NCBI GenBank assembly: GCA_964452405.1
Contig: CAYVLT010000001.1
Location: forward strand, 3,387-67,386
Source of the DNA: an uncultured Ferruginibacter sp.
GTDB taxonomy: Bacteria; Bacteroidota; Bacteroidia; Chitinophagales; Chitinophagaceae
Reading direction: 5' to 3'
DNA: 64,000 bases
The stretch's first letter is position 1, and each line of letters opens with the position of its first letter. The notes under the pieces were generated by a model. The model had not been told where the DNA came from and did not search any database. It saw nothing but the letters and a program-made list of their open reading frames with translations. The translations under genes and the position numbers were made by a program. Below, in pieces: positions 55,219 to 64,000 of the stretch.

Positions 55219-56892
55219 ATGATACGAAATAAAAAAATTCTGTTCATTTTAGCAGCTGTGCTGGTGCTTTCCGGAACAGCCTGTAAAAAATTCCTGGACG
55301 TAAACGCGAATCTGAATGATCCGCTGGCAGTTCCAACAGGGACACTGCTAACAACTGTTGAAAGAAACCTGGGAGATGAATTGTCTTATGGTGGTCTTTC
55401 ACTGCAGTTAGCTGTTTATATGCACCAGATGAGTACCAGGGAAACCGCTAACCAATATGGTGTTAGAGGAGCAACCCTTGATGGAGACTGGACTACTTTC
55501 TTCGGCCAGATCCTTCCTGATGTGGATGTGATCATCAAACAGGCAACCGCTGAAGATAATATGATCTATGCCGGTATCGCTAAAATTATCCGTGCATACA
55601 CTTACAGCCAGATCGTGGATGTTTGGGGAGATGTTCCCTACACCGAGTACAACAAGTTTAAAGAAGGTATCAAGCAACCATCTTTTGATGATGACGCTAC
55701 TATTTATCCAAAATTGCTTGCAATGCTGGATGAGGGTATCGCCGACATTCAAAATGCCGATTCAAAAAACCCTTCAAAACCTGGTGCAAACGATGTGATC
55801 TACAAAGGATCTACCGCTAACTGGATCAAGGCCGCCAACACCATCAAACTGAAATTGTACACACAGATAAGGAAAGTACAGGATGTAAGTGCAGAAGTTA
55901 CAGCATTGCTTAACAATCCTTCCTCTCTCATTAACTCAAATGCAGAAATGTTCGCCCTGCCTTATGGTCCATTGGGTGCTACTGATGACAGGAATCCGGG
56001 CTTTGGTGACTATGTTGCCACCCAGCGTTCAAATCATGTTAGTCCATGGTTTTATGAGATCCTGAAAGGATACAATCCGGATATCTTCACTGGTATCAGT
56101 GACCCAAGATTGAAATACTACATCTACAACCAGCTTACTCCTAGTGCTGCTGCACAGAGTAACACGGAGTACAGGGATGGAGCTTTTGTTTCTATCTACT
56201 TTGGCTCTACTGGTCCAAACAGGGATGGTAACCAGCAAAACTCAATTAGTTTGTTTGGTATTTATCCTGTAGGTGGACGTTACGATAATGGTGCTGGCGG
56301 AACTGCCAGTGCTTCAAGTGGAACAGGTGCTGCACCTTACAGGTTCATTACCTATGCTGACAGGTTGTTCCTTGAAGCAGAACTGATCAACACTGGTGTG
56401 ATAACCGGCGATGCAAGAACTGTTTTCAATAATGCATTGAAAGCATCTATGAGCCAGGTTGACTATGTTGTAACCAACTACGTTAAAACAAGCCAAACTG
56501 TTCCGGTGCTGGCAACGAGCACTGCTGCAACCAATTACATCACTGCTATCATGGATTTGTATGATGCTGCTTCCACCGACAGGCAGTTGGAATACATCAT
56601 GACAGAAAAATGGTTGTCTAGTGTAGGTTCTTCAGTAGATCAGTACACCGACTACCGCAGGACAGGATATCCAATTCTGTTCGATCCGGGTAACAACGCA
56701 ATGGCTCCAAGTGGATTTGTTCAACCTCCGGTTGATGGTAACCCATTTGTAACGCCTCAATTACCGGTTCCGGTGGCCAGGGGTGCTAACTTCCCGGTTT
56801 CATTACCATGGAGCCAAAATGAATTGGATTTGAACAGTAACGCTCCTACACAAAAACAAGCAGATACTTATAAAGTGTTCTGGATGCCGTAA
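55219..56892 (+). CDS. susD: SusD/RagB family lipoprotein (SusD-like_2 type)
   Basis: Lipobox GTAC; IAKIIRAYTYSQIVDVWGDVPY, IMTEKW, TDYRRTGYP, FWMP end. Confidence 0.92.
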   Translation: MIRNKKILFILAAVLVLSGTACKKFLDVNANLNDPLAVPTGTLLTTVERNLGDELSYGGLSLQLAVYMHQMSTRETANQYGVRGATLDGDWTTFFGQILPDVDVIIKQATAEDNMIYAGIAKIIRAYTYSQIVDVWGDVPYTEYNKFKEGIKQPSFDDDATIYPKLLAMLDEGIADIQNADSKNPSKPGANDVIYKGSTANWIKAANTIKLKLYTQIRKVQDVSAEVTALLNNPSSLINSNAEMFALPYGPLGATDDRNPGFGDYVATQRSNHVSPWFYEILKGYNPDIFTGISDPRLKYYIYNQLTPSAAAQSNTEYRDGAFVSIYFGSTGPNRDGNQQNSISLFGIYPVGGRYDNGAGGTASASSGTGAAPYRFITYADRLFLEAELINTGVITGDARTVFNNALKASMSQVDYVVTNYVKTSQTVPVLATSTAATNYITAIMDLYDAASTDRQLEYIMTEKWLSSVGSSVDQYTDYRRTGYPILFDPGNNAMAPSGFVQPPVDGNPFVTPQLPVPVARGANFPVSLPWSQNELDLNSNAPTQKQADTYKVFWMP

Positions 56893-56927
56893 ATAGTAAA
56901 CACAATCCATTGGAAATTAAAAAAATT

Positions 56928-57842
56928 ATGAAGATGAAAAAAAACATATTTTATTTTATTCTTGCGGTAAGTGTGTTATTTACTGCATGTAAAAAGAACG
57001 ACGGACCTATTCCGAAAAGTATCGCCCTTGACAGGCAGGATGTGCAGCCTCAGGTAACAAAAAATGCATCCGGTAGCCAGGCGATTGACGTATTGAACCT
57101 GAATAATTTCAGTGCAGTAGTAAACATAGGTACTTATACCAGTGATGTTCCTGTGAAAATGGACGTTGTGGTAAGAAAGAATAACCTTAACTCATCCACC
57201 AAAGTTGTACAGGCTGGTCTTACCACCTTCCCAACATCTGTTACCATTACGGCTGCTCAATTAGAGGCTCTGTTTGGTGTTCCGGTGGCATTAAATGATG
57301 CATACGACATCAGTGTTGATTACTACACTTCTGACAGTAAAAAATACGAGGCATACCCATTGATCCCGGGAAGCCCAAGCGTATTTGGTTATGGCTCCGG
57401 TGTTTCTTCTCAGCCAGGCGCAAGCCTTTCTGTACAGTACAAAGCGATCTGTGCTTATGATCCTGCGATTTATGAAGGAACATTTGTTTTGGATTCTGAT
57501 GACTGGGCTGATTATTATGCCGGTGACCTGTTCACCTTAACAAGGGTGGATGATACACACTTCACAATGATCGCTGAGAATCCGATTCCTGAAAATCCGG
57601 TGCCTCTGCAGGTTACTGTAAATCCAAACGATAACAGTGTTTCTGTTGCCAAGCAATCTGTAGGATCTGCATGGGGTTATGCAGGACCAGGCACTTACCC
57701 GGCTCCCTTCATGCTCACTGCCGGATCTGCTTCTTCCAGCTTTGTTTCTCCCTGCGACCAATCAGTAACTTTTAACTTCAGTTATGGTTACAGTGCAGGT
57801 ACATTCAGCGGAACTTATCCAATGGTGCTTCACAAGCAATAA
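56928..57842 (+). CDS. Uncharacterised surface lipoprotein following SusD
   Basis: Lipobox FTAC-KKND; beta-rich two-domain sequence; start at 56928 or 56934. Confidence 0.8.
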   Translation: MKMKKNIFYFILAVSVLFTACKKNDGPIPKSIALDRQDVQPQVTKNASGSQAIDVLNLNNFSAVVNIGTYTSDVPVKMDVVVRKNNLNSSTKVVQAGLTTFPTSVTITAAQLEALFGVPVALNDAYDISVDYYTSDSKKYEAYPLIPGSPSVFGYGSGVSSQPGASLSVQYKAICAYDPAIYEGTFVLDSDDWADYYAGDLFTLTRVDDTHFTMIAENPIPENPVPLQVTVNPNDNSVSVAKQSVGSAWGYAGPGTYPAPFMLTAGSASSSFVSPCDQSVTFNFSYGYSAGTFSGTYPMVLHKQ

Positions 57843-57860
57843 TTCTTTACCTGATATTTG

Positions 57861-57894
57861 AAGAGGCTGCAGTAATGCAGCCTCTTTTGTTTTA
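57861..57894 (+). terminator. Intrinsic terminator of the susCD-lipoprotein operon
   Basis: AAGAGGCTGCA / TGCAGCCTCTT 11-bp stem, 4-nt loop, then TTGTTTT. Confidence 0.9.
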
Positions 57895-57910
57895 GTGCGA
57901 TGATAGCTGG

Positions 57911-57989
57911 GTTAACATTGCCTTAATGTTGTGATAACATTTCCGTAATTCTTCATTCACATTCCCATAACATTGAAGTTATCTCTTTG
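57911..57989 (+). promoter_or_regulatory. Six-unit 11-bp-period direct-repeat array (Pho-box-like) abutting a degenerate -7 box
   Basis: TAACATT 57913, TAATGTT 57924, TAACATT 57935, TAATTCT 57946, TCACATT 57957, TAACATT 57968; TCTCTTTG at 57982-89. Confidence 0.7.
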
Positions 57990-58004
57990 CATAAAATTAA
58001 ATGC

Positions 58005-60794
58005 ATGAGATACGTCCCGTTTACTATCCTCTTTCTCTTAATTTCCTCTTTTTCATTTGCCCAAAAAACCAAGATCGAAGGAAAGGTGAGTGATGCCAAA
58101 ACAGGCAATCCACTATCAGGAGTTTCCGTATCCATCAACGGCGACAAACCCATTGCGGTGTCCAATACCGACGGTTATTTCACGCTTACCGTAGAGCCAG
58201 GTAAAAAATACAGCATTAAGCTTACCTACGTTGGATATCAGCCTAAAGAATTAGTGGATGTGGAAGCTACGGCAGGCCAGGTAACACACCTGGATATTGT
58301 AATTGATAAGGCCAGTAAAACGGAGGAGGAAGTGGTGGTTAGATCCTCTGCAAGAAAGGAAAGCCAGGCTGCCCTGATCTCTTACCAGAAAAACACCACG
58401 GTTGTGGCACAGGTGATTAGCGCAGAAGCCATCAGGAGATCGCCGGATAAAAATACGGGTGAGGTGTTGAAGCGGGTTCCAGGCGCTTCACTCCAGGAAG
58501 GTAAATATCTCGTGGTTCGTGGTTTGGCCGACCGTTATAACCAGGCAATGCTCAACGGTGTATTACTGAGCAGCACAGAGCCTGATCGTAAAACATTTAG
58601 TTTCGACATCATTCCCTCTTCGCTGATCGATAATATCATCATCAATAAAGCATTTATTCCGGAACTGCCGGGCGAATGGGCTGGTGGTTTGATACAGGTA
58701 AACACCAAGGATGTACCGGCCCGTAATTTTTTCAACGTACAGATCGGTACCGGGTTTAACACAAATACCATTGGTAAGGATTTTTACGATTACAAAGGAA
58801 GTAGTACAGATTGGCTGGGTTTTGATAATGGCGTAAGAAGTTTGCCAGCCAACTTCCCCACCAAGACAGCTTTTGCAGACCTCACGCCGTCGGAAAAGGC
58901 ACAATATGGTCAACAACTGGAAAATACCTGGAGCACCCAAAATAAAGGAGCGGGAATGACCAATACCTTTAACCAAAGCGTTGCATTCAATGGCGGATTC
59001 AATGCCAGGTTAAGTGATAACAATAAGCTTGCTGCGATTTTTTCGGTTAACTACAATCGTAGCAACAGGAGGCTGGCCTACAATAACCAGGTATACACAG
59101 TCACCAACAATATCCCCAGCCCCAGCTTTGACTATGATAATACAAAGTACAGCAAGGATGTGCTGGCAGGTGTACTGGCTAATATCACCCTTCAGTTAGG
59201 AAGCAACAGCAAGATATCTGTTAAAAACCTGCTTAATGTTAACACCACAAATTATTCAACCATCAGGAGCGGGTATAATTTTGATGCCGGTGAAAAGGTA
59301 AAGGCCACCGAACTTGCCTTTAAAGCAAATACCTTTTTTAATACACAAATAACCGGGGAGCATAACCTGAAAAACATTGCGGCTAAACTGCACTGGTTCG
59401 GCAGCTTCAATATTCTGGACCAGTACATCCCCGATCAACGCCGCCTGGAGTACATTCCTGAAAACCCTGCTGATCCCAACTCGAACTACATTGCTTCTAT
59501 CGGCGCTTCCAACTCTTCACAAAAAAGTGGCAGTCGCTATTTTGGTTTCCTGAACGATTATGTTTATACAGCGGGTGGCGATGCAAGCAAGGAATTCAAG
59601 ATCGGCAAACTCGTTCAAACCGTTAAGGGTGGATATTTCTTCCAGGTAAAGGACAGGTTATTTGATTCAAGACCTTTCTCCATTTACCTGCCTACTGATA
59701 ATAAGGCATTGTTGCGTTTGCCGGCCGACCAGATCTTTGCTGCGGAAAATTTTGGCAACGGTACCGACAATAAGTTTGCTTTCAACGAACTGTCGAGTCC
59801 CAATTACCGGTACATCGCTAATTCAATTTTAAATGCAGGCTTTTTACAATTCGATAATCAACTTACCGAACAATTAAGAATAGTGTGGGGTGTAAGGGTG
59901 GAAGATTTTGATCAGGTGCTGGGAAGTGTTAAGAAGAGTGACCCAAGACATTTGCATACCGAGGTAAGGGACTATTTGCCGGGTGTAAATATCACCTACA
60001 AAGCGAACAGTAAAACCAATATCAGGGTTTCAGGGTCTCAAACCGTTATCAGGCCTGAGTTTCGTGAGTTAAGTTCATTCTCGTTCTATGATTTTGACCT
60101 TGGTGCAAGTGTACAGGGTTTCACCGGGCTTGTACGCACAAAAGTTACCAACTTCGACGTGAGGTACGAACTGTATCCAAAGGCCGGCGAATTATTCACC
60201 TTCGGTGTATTTTATAAATATTTTGATAAGCCAATCGAAGCTTATTTTAACCCAAGCTCTGGCGGAGCCAGTATTTATAATTTCATCAATGCAAAAGAAG
60301 CAAACAGCTTCGGCGCAGAACTCGAGTTCAGGAAAAAACTTGATTTCAGTGAGGCGCTTAAAAACTTTACCCTGCAGGGAAATCTCTCTTACATCTATAA
60401 CAGGGTATCAAAAATCGGGAATGACGCTGAACGCCCGATGCAGGGTCAGAGTCCATACCTGTTGAATGCCGGCATCCAGTATGACCTGGCCAAGCCAGGA
60501 TTCAGTGCCACTTTATTATTCAACCAGATCGGCCGAAGAATCACATTTGTGGGTGGTGGTGATCAACCTGCTATCTGGGAAAACCCCCGTCCCGTACTGG
60601 ATCTCCAATTCGCTAAAAAAGTGCTGAAAAATAAAGGAGAAGTGAAGTTGAATATCTCCGACATCATCAATAAGCAGGCGATTTTCTATACCGATCTAAA
60701 CGACAATAAGAAATACGATAAAAACATTGATGCGTTTGCAATCAGGAGAAATTATGGCTCCAATGTAAGCATCAGCTTCGGTTACAATTTTTAA
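58005..60794 (+). CDS. TonB-dependent receptor with N-terminal carboxypeptidase-regulatory-like domain (non-SusC type)
   Basis: Signal peptide; ISAEAIRRSPDKNTGEVLKRVPG, VRGLADRYN plug; FRPEFREL-like, QGQSPY, SISFGYNF; start moved to MRYVPF. Confidence 0.92.
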   Translation: MRYVPFTILFLLISSFSFAQKTKIEGKVSDAKTGNPLSGVSVSINGDKPIAVSNTDGYFTLTVEPGKKYSIKLTYVGYQPKELVDVEATAGQVTHLDIVIDKASKTEEEVVVRSSARKESQAALISYQKNTTVVAQVISAEAIRRSPDKNTGEVLKRVPGASLQEGKYLVVRGLADRYNQAMLNGVLLSSTEPDRKTFSFDIIPSSLIDNIIINKAFIPELPGEWAGGLIQVNTKDVPARNFFNVQIGTGFNTNTIGKDFYDYKGSSTDWLGFDNGVRSLPANFPTKTAFADLTPSEKAQYGQQLENTWSTQNKGAGMTNTFNQSVAFNGGFNARLSDNNKLAAIFSVNYNRSNRRLAYNNQVYTVTNNIPSPSFDYDNTKYSKDVLAGVLANITLQLGSNSKISVKNLLNVNTTNYSTIRSGYNFDAGEKVKATELAFKANTFFNTQITGEHNLKNIAAKLHWFGSFNILDQYIPDQRRLEYIPENPADPNSNYIASIGASNSSQKSGSRYFGFLNDYVYTAGGDASKEFKIGKLVQTVKGGYFFQVKDRLFDSRPFSIYLPTDNKALLRLPADQIFAAENFGNGTDNKFAFNELSSPNYRYIANSILNAGFLQFDNQLTEQLRIVWGVRVEDFDQVLGSVKKSDPRHLHTEVRDYLPGVNITYKANSKTNIRVSGSQTVIRPEFRELSSFSFYDFDLGASVQGFTGLVRTKVTNFDVRYELYPKAGELFTFGVFYKYFDKPIEAYFNPSSGGASIYNFINAKEANSFGAELEFRKKLDFSEALKNFTLQGNLSYIYNRVSKIGNDAERPMQGQSPYLLNAGIQYDLAKPGFSATLLFNQIGRRITFVGGGDQPAIWENPRPVLDLQFAKKVLKNKGEVKLNISDIINKQAIFYTDLNDNKKYDKNIDAFAIRRNYGSNVSISFGYNF

Positions 60795-60835
60795 TCACCC
60801 AGTTAATAAATAAAAAACAATTTAAATCATAAGAC

Positions 60836-62248
60836 ATGAAGAAATTATTTCTTTACAGCGTATTGATCGCAGCAACCTCAATGGGATGCCGTAAAATTGA
60901 AGTTGATGGTGGCTCAACCGTTGTTACCACACCGCCCGCCGGAGAAACAGAGAATACAATATTAGAAGGAAGGATAACAGCTAACCGTACACTAAAAGCT
61001 GACTACGTATATAAACTGCGTGGCCTGGTATATGTTACCAATGGTGCAATACTTACCATTGAGCCGGGTACAAAAATCGTAGGTGAAAATGGTAAAACCG
61101 GTGGTTTGATCATCACCAGGAGTTCAAAGATTATTGCAGATGGCACTGCTGCCAAGCCGATTGTTTTTACTTCCGAAGCAGCTACCCCGCAACGTGGCGA
61201 CTGGGCCGGACTTGTGTTATTAGGCCAGGCACCCACCAATGCTTCTTTTAATGGCGTTCAGGGTGTAGGCGCTGTAGAGGGAGGAATCAATAACAGCGAC
61301 GGGCTTGGTTTGTACGGAACTCCTTCCAGCCAGGGTCAGAATCCAGCTGATAACAGCGGCATTCTCAGGTATGTGCGTATTGAATACGCAGGCTATGCGT
61401 TTTTGCCAGATAATGAGATCAACGGTTTAACCCTTGGAGGTGTTGGTTCAGGAACTGTGATCGATAATGTTCAGGTGTCTTATGCCAATGATGATTCTTT
61501 CGAATGGTTTGGCGGTACAGTAAATTGCTCACACCTCATTTCTTTCCGTACACTGGATGATGATTTTGATACAGATAATGGGTACAGCGGCAAAGTGCAA
61601 TTCGGTATTTCATTGCGTGATTCATCAGTAGCCGATATTTCAAAAAGTGAAGCTTTTGAAAGTGATAACGACGCAGCAGGAAGTTCACTATTGCCACAAA
61701 CATCTGCAGTATTTTCAAACATGACGGTAATGGGTCCAAAAGAAACACTTGCCAATACAGGTAACAGCCTGTTTGTTTGGGGAGCGCAGATCAGGAGGAA
61801 TTCCAGCCTGTCGATCTTTAACTCCATCGTTATGGGGTATCCTAATGGTTTATACATCGATGCTACCAAGGGCGTTCCAACCGACAACAATATTCCTTCT
61901 TCATTATTTGTTCAGAACACCATCATCGCGGGATGTCCAACCCCGGTATTGTACAGCATTGCCGGCAATGTGAACACGCCGCTTACTCCTAATACCACTG
62001 CTACCATCAGGGCATGGTTCGAAACGCCCGCTTACAACAACAGCATTTTCACAACCAATGCTGAAGTGGGATTAACAGCGCCATTCAATTATACCAATCC
62101 TGATTTTAACCCAACTGCATCTTCTGCTGCTACAAGTGGAGCTGCTTTTTCACATCCTAAACTTACCACAGGGTTTACTTCGGTAGCTTATAAAGGAGCT
62201 TGTGCAGTGGGTGATACCTGGTGGAAGACCTGGACAAAATTTAATTAA
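60836..62248 (+). CDS. Surface lipoprotein with predicted parallel beta-helix, partner of the TonB receptor
   Basis: Lipobox SMGC; LTIEPGT, PIVFTS, GDWAGLVLLG, LRYVRIEYAG, NGLTLGGVGSGT, DDSFEWFGG, DDDFDTD. Confidence 0.8.
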   Translation: MKKLFLYSVLIAATSMGCRKIEVDGGSTVVTTPPAGETENTILEGRITANRTLKADYVYKLRGLVYVTNGAILTIEPGTKIVGENGKTGGLIITRSSKIIADGTAAKPIVFTSEAATPQRGDWAGLVLLGQAPTNASFNGVQGVGAVEGGINNSDGLGLYGTPSSQGQNPADNSGILRYVRIEYAGYAFLPDNEINGLTLGGVGSGTVIDNVQVSYANDDSFEWFGGTVNCSHLISFRTLDDDFDTDNGYSGKVQFGISLRDSSVADISKSEAFESDNDAAGSSLLPQTSAVFSNMTVMGPKETLANTGNSLFVWGAQIRRNSSLSIFNSIVMGYPNGLYIDATKGVPTDNNIPSSLFVQNTIIAGCPTPVLYSIAGNVNTPLTPNTTATIRAWFETPAYNNSIFTTNAEVGLTAPFNYTNPDFNPTASSAATSGAAFSHPKLTTGFTSVAYKGACAVGDTWWKTWTKFN

Positions 62249-62266
62249 ATCCCTAAAACACTACGC

Positions 62267-62298
62267 AAAAAAGCAGCCTTCAAAAAGCTGCTTTTTTA
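62267..62298 (+). terminator. Intrinsic terminator
   Basis: AAAAAAGCAGC (62267-77) / GCTGCTTTTTT (62287-97). Confidence 0.85.
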
Positions 62299-62317
62299 TT
62301 TACATTACTTTTGACGA

Positions 62318-62845
62318 ATGAAAAAGCTATTGCTCCCGGTTATTTTGCTGTTCAACATTTTCTCCTGTTCTCCGGCAAATGAAAAGCAACAAACGGAGGT
62401 AAAAATTCCTTTGAGTGAAGCAGTTCAGCAAATGCTGGACTCTATGAAACAGGCAAGTGACACTGTTTATACCAAACCATACAAGCGAACCGATTTTGTT
62501 ACGGCCACCTATTATGTAAACAGGGCCAGGAATATTGTTTGCCAGGTGATGAAAGATTCGGCCGGAACCACCAGGCAGATCATTACAACGGAAAAGGGTA
62601 TCCGTACTTTCTTTGCAGGTTACTATGCCAACGGCCAGTTGCAGGCAAGGTTGGCATTGGATTCTTTTGGCCAGTACCACGGACCCGCTGAATACTATTT
62701 TGAAAATGGTAATAAACAGGCCGCGGGAAACTATAAAGATGGCCTTCACACCGGCACCTGGATAAATTATAGTGAAGATGGAAAAAAGCTTTCAACCGAT
62801 GAATATGACAACAATGGTCAAAAAACCAGGAGTGAAAATTTATAA
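62318..62845 (+). CDS. MORN-variant repeat lipoprotein (YwqK-antitoxin-like repeats)
   Basis: Lipobox FSC; YHGPAEYYFENGNKQAAGNYKDGLHTGTWINYSEDGK. Confidence 0.75.
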   Translation: MKKLLLPVILLFNIFSCSPANEKQQTEVKIPLSEAVQQMLDSMKQASDTVYTKPYKRTDFVTATYYVNRARNIVCQVMKDSAGTTRQIITTEKGIRTFFAGYYANGQLQARLALDSFGQYHGPAEYYFENGNKQAAGNYKDGLHTGTWINYSEDGKKLSTDEYDNNGQKTRSENL

Positions 62846-62854
62846 TTCTATTGA

Positions 62855-62908
62855 TAACGCTACGGTAACAACCGCTTAATGATGTGGTAATAGCCGGCCG
62901 GTATCTTG
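62855..62908 (+). promoter_or_regulatory. Four-unit 11-bp-period TAAY repeat array (second Pho-box-like site)
   Basis: TAACGCT 62855, TAACAAC 62866, TAATGAT 62877, TAATAGC 62888; TATCTTG at 62902-08. Confidence 0.5.
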
Positions 62909-63033
62909 CAGCGGAAAGTTTTTAGCGATCAATAGCAATTTAAAACAAGTTCCTTAAGCAAATAGCAATTTTTCTCATGCTTGTACCACCCGGTAATCCT
63001 GCCGGGTGGTTTGTTTTTTATACCTTTGGAATT

Positions 63034-63435
63034 ATGAGAAATATTTTGGCTGTACTGGTTTTTTTAGGGTCACTGGCTTCCTGTACACATCCTGATGCCA
63101 AACTGCTGGAGAAGATTTCAAATGCCGACAGTGTTGCTATCAATTACTTCAAAGGTGATGGAACAATGGACTCCGTATTGAAGGTGAAGATCGTAAGGGA
63201 TACCCTAACCATTGGAAAGCTGTCCTCGCTGGTTGCTGCAAAAGCCATTGATCTGAGAAATGATTGCGGGTTAGACGGTTCTATTCACTATTTTAAGAAC
63301 AATGTAGTGGTGCAGGACATCAACTTTAGAATGAATGCAGACAAATGCAACCAGTTTTCTTATAAGTTAAATGGTAAGTACGGAGCCACTGAATTGTCGG
63401 CAGCAGCTAAGCAGTTGTTGTTATCACTGCAATAA
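63034..63435 (+). CDS. Hypothetical lipoprotein
   Basis: Start moved to MRNILAV after TACCTTTG (63021-28); lipobox LASC. Confidence 0.75.
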   Translation: MRNILAVLVFLGSLASCTHPDAKLLEKISNADSVAINYFKGDGTMDSVLKVKIVRDTLTIGKLSSLVAAKAIDLRNDCGLDGSIHYFKNNVVVQDINFRMNADKCNQFSYKLNGKYGATELSAAAKQLLLSLQ

Positions 63436-63440
63436 TCATC

Positions 63441-64000
63441 TCAGGCATTCGCCATTAACATGTCTCCTTTAAAACCGGTTTGTTTTACCTGCCTGTCACG
63501 GATGGAGGGCATCGCTTTTTTGAGAACCAGGTCAATGATGTCGCTGGTTTCATTTTTGTAATCCACTTTCAGTTCCTGCGGATTGTTTAACCAGGCTTCT
63601 ACTTTGTGGATGTGTTTTTTCTTTAAACTTTTTATCACCGGCACACCTAATTCTGCAGCGCCCGCTGCGTTGCAGTGTTGCTCGTATTGTTGTTTCATTG
63701 GAATCACCAACACTTTCTTTTTCATATACAATGCCTCTGCCGGCGTTTCAAAGCCGGCGCCGCACAAGATCCCTTCGCAGCTGGTGAAACTTTCTGTAAA
63801 AGCTTCGGCATTCACCGGTTGTACCCGGCAGTTTTTTTCCTGGTATTTTTTCCGGGTGTGTTTTGAAAATACATCCCATTGAATGTGCCTGAAATTTGAG
63901 AGGAAGCCAATGATCTTTTTATCGTCGTATGCGGGCAGGTACACTGTATAATGTCCCTTGTTGCAGCATGCAGCATTTCTAATTTCGCTACGGATCACGG
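63441..64000 (-). CDS. Glycosyltransferase family protein (MJ1255/VC2487-like GT-B), C-terminal part
   Basis: VYLPAY, CGAGFETPAEALY, LVIPMKQQYEQHCNA; frame runs off the right edge. Confidence 0.82.
   Translation of the reverse strand, partial: VIRSEIRNAACCNKGHYTVYLPAYDDKKIIGFLSNFRHIQWDVFSKHTRKKYQEKNCRVQPVNAEAFTESFTSCEGILCGAGFETPAEALYMKKKVLVIPMKQQYEQHCNAAGAAELGVPVIKSLKKKHIHKVEAWLNNPQELKVDYKNETSDIIDLVLKKAMPSIRDRQVKQTGFKGDMLMANA

Noticed and set aside
62318-62845. Toxin-antitoxin system suggested by YwqK-like repeats
   Set aside because: No toxin neighbour; MORN-variant lipoproteins are common stand-alone genes.
1-64000. CRISPR arrays, tRNA/rRNA, IS elements, prophage, defence systems
   Set aside because: No spaced 23-47 bp repeats, cloverleafs, rRNA signatures, or transposase, integrase or nuclease motifs were seen by eye.

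Overview
Chromosomal window from a Bacteroidota genome, most likely Chitinophagaceae (inferred from SusC/SusD pairs, TAnnTTTG -7 promoter boxes and a T9SS-type C-terminal domain). No rRNA, tRNA, CRISPR array, transposase or phage gene was recognised. Left to right: (1) end of a sucrose/fructose cluster (sugar porter, PfkB kinase, GH13_4 amylosucrase-like enzyme); (2) a 440-nt ORF-poor, highly structured intergenic region that may encode ncRNA; (3) a beta-1,3-glucan-type PUL (SusC, SusD, PKD lipoprotein, two GH16, membrane-spanning Y_Y_Y/LuxR regulator) that also contains a 7-heme cytochrome c lipoprotein; (4) ABC-F, galK, galM; (5) a Wzx/Wzy surface polysaccharide locus with a GT11 and two methyltransferases; (6) AIM24-family gene, a cargo-less T9SS-like protein, and a TetR-TolC-MFP-RND operon with a clear palindromic operator; (7) DUF502, a multidomain (alpha/alpha)6 glycosidase, transketolase C-subunit, galE; (8) a candidate phosphorus-acquisition region: PiT with a large insertion, DUF47, a CAZyme-free SusCD-lipoprotein unit, and a SusD-less TonB receptor plus beta-helix lipoprotein. 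Two arrays of TAAY-type repeats at exact 11-bp spacing (Pho-box-like) flank that receptor/lipoprotein unit. The best leads are the 11-bp arrays with the transporters they may control, the heptaheme cytochrome inside the PUL, and the structured intergenic region at 3606-4027. Family calls come from motifs read by eye; no database search was run.
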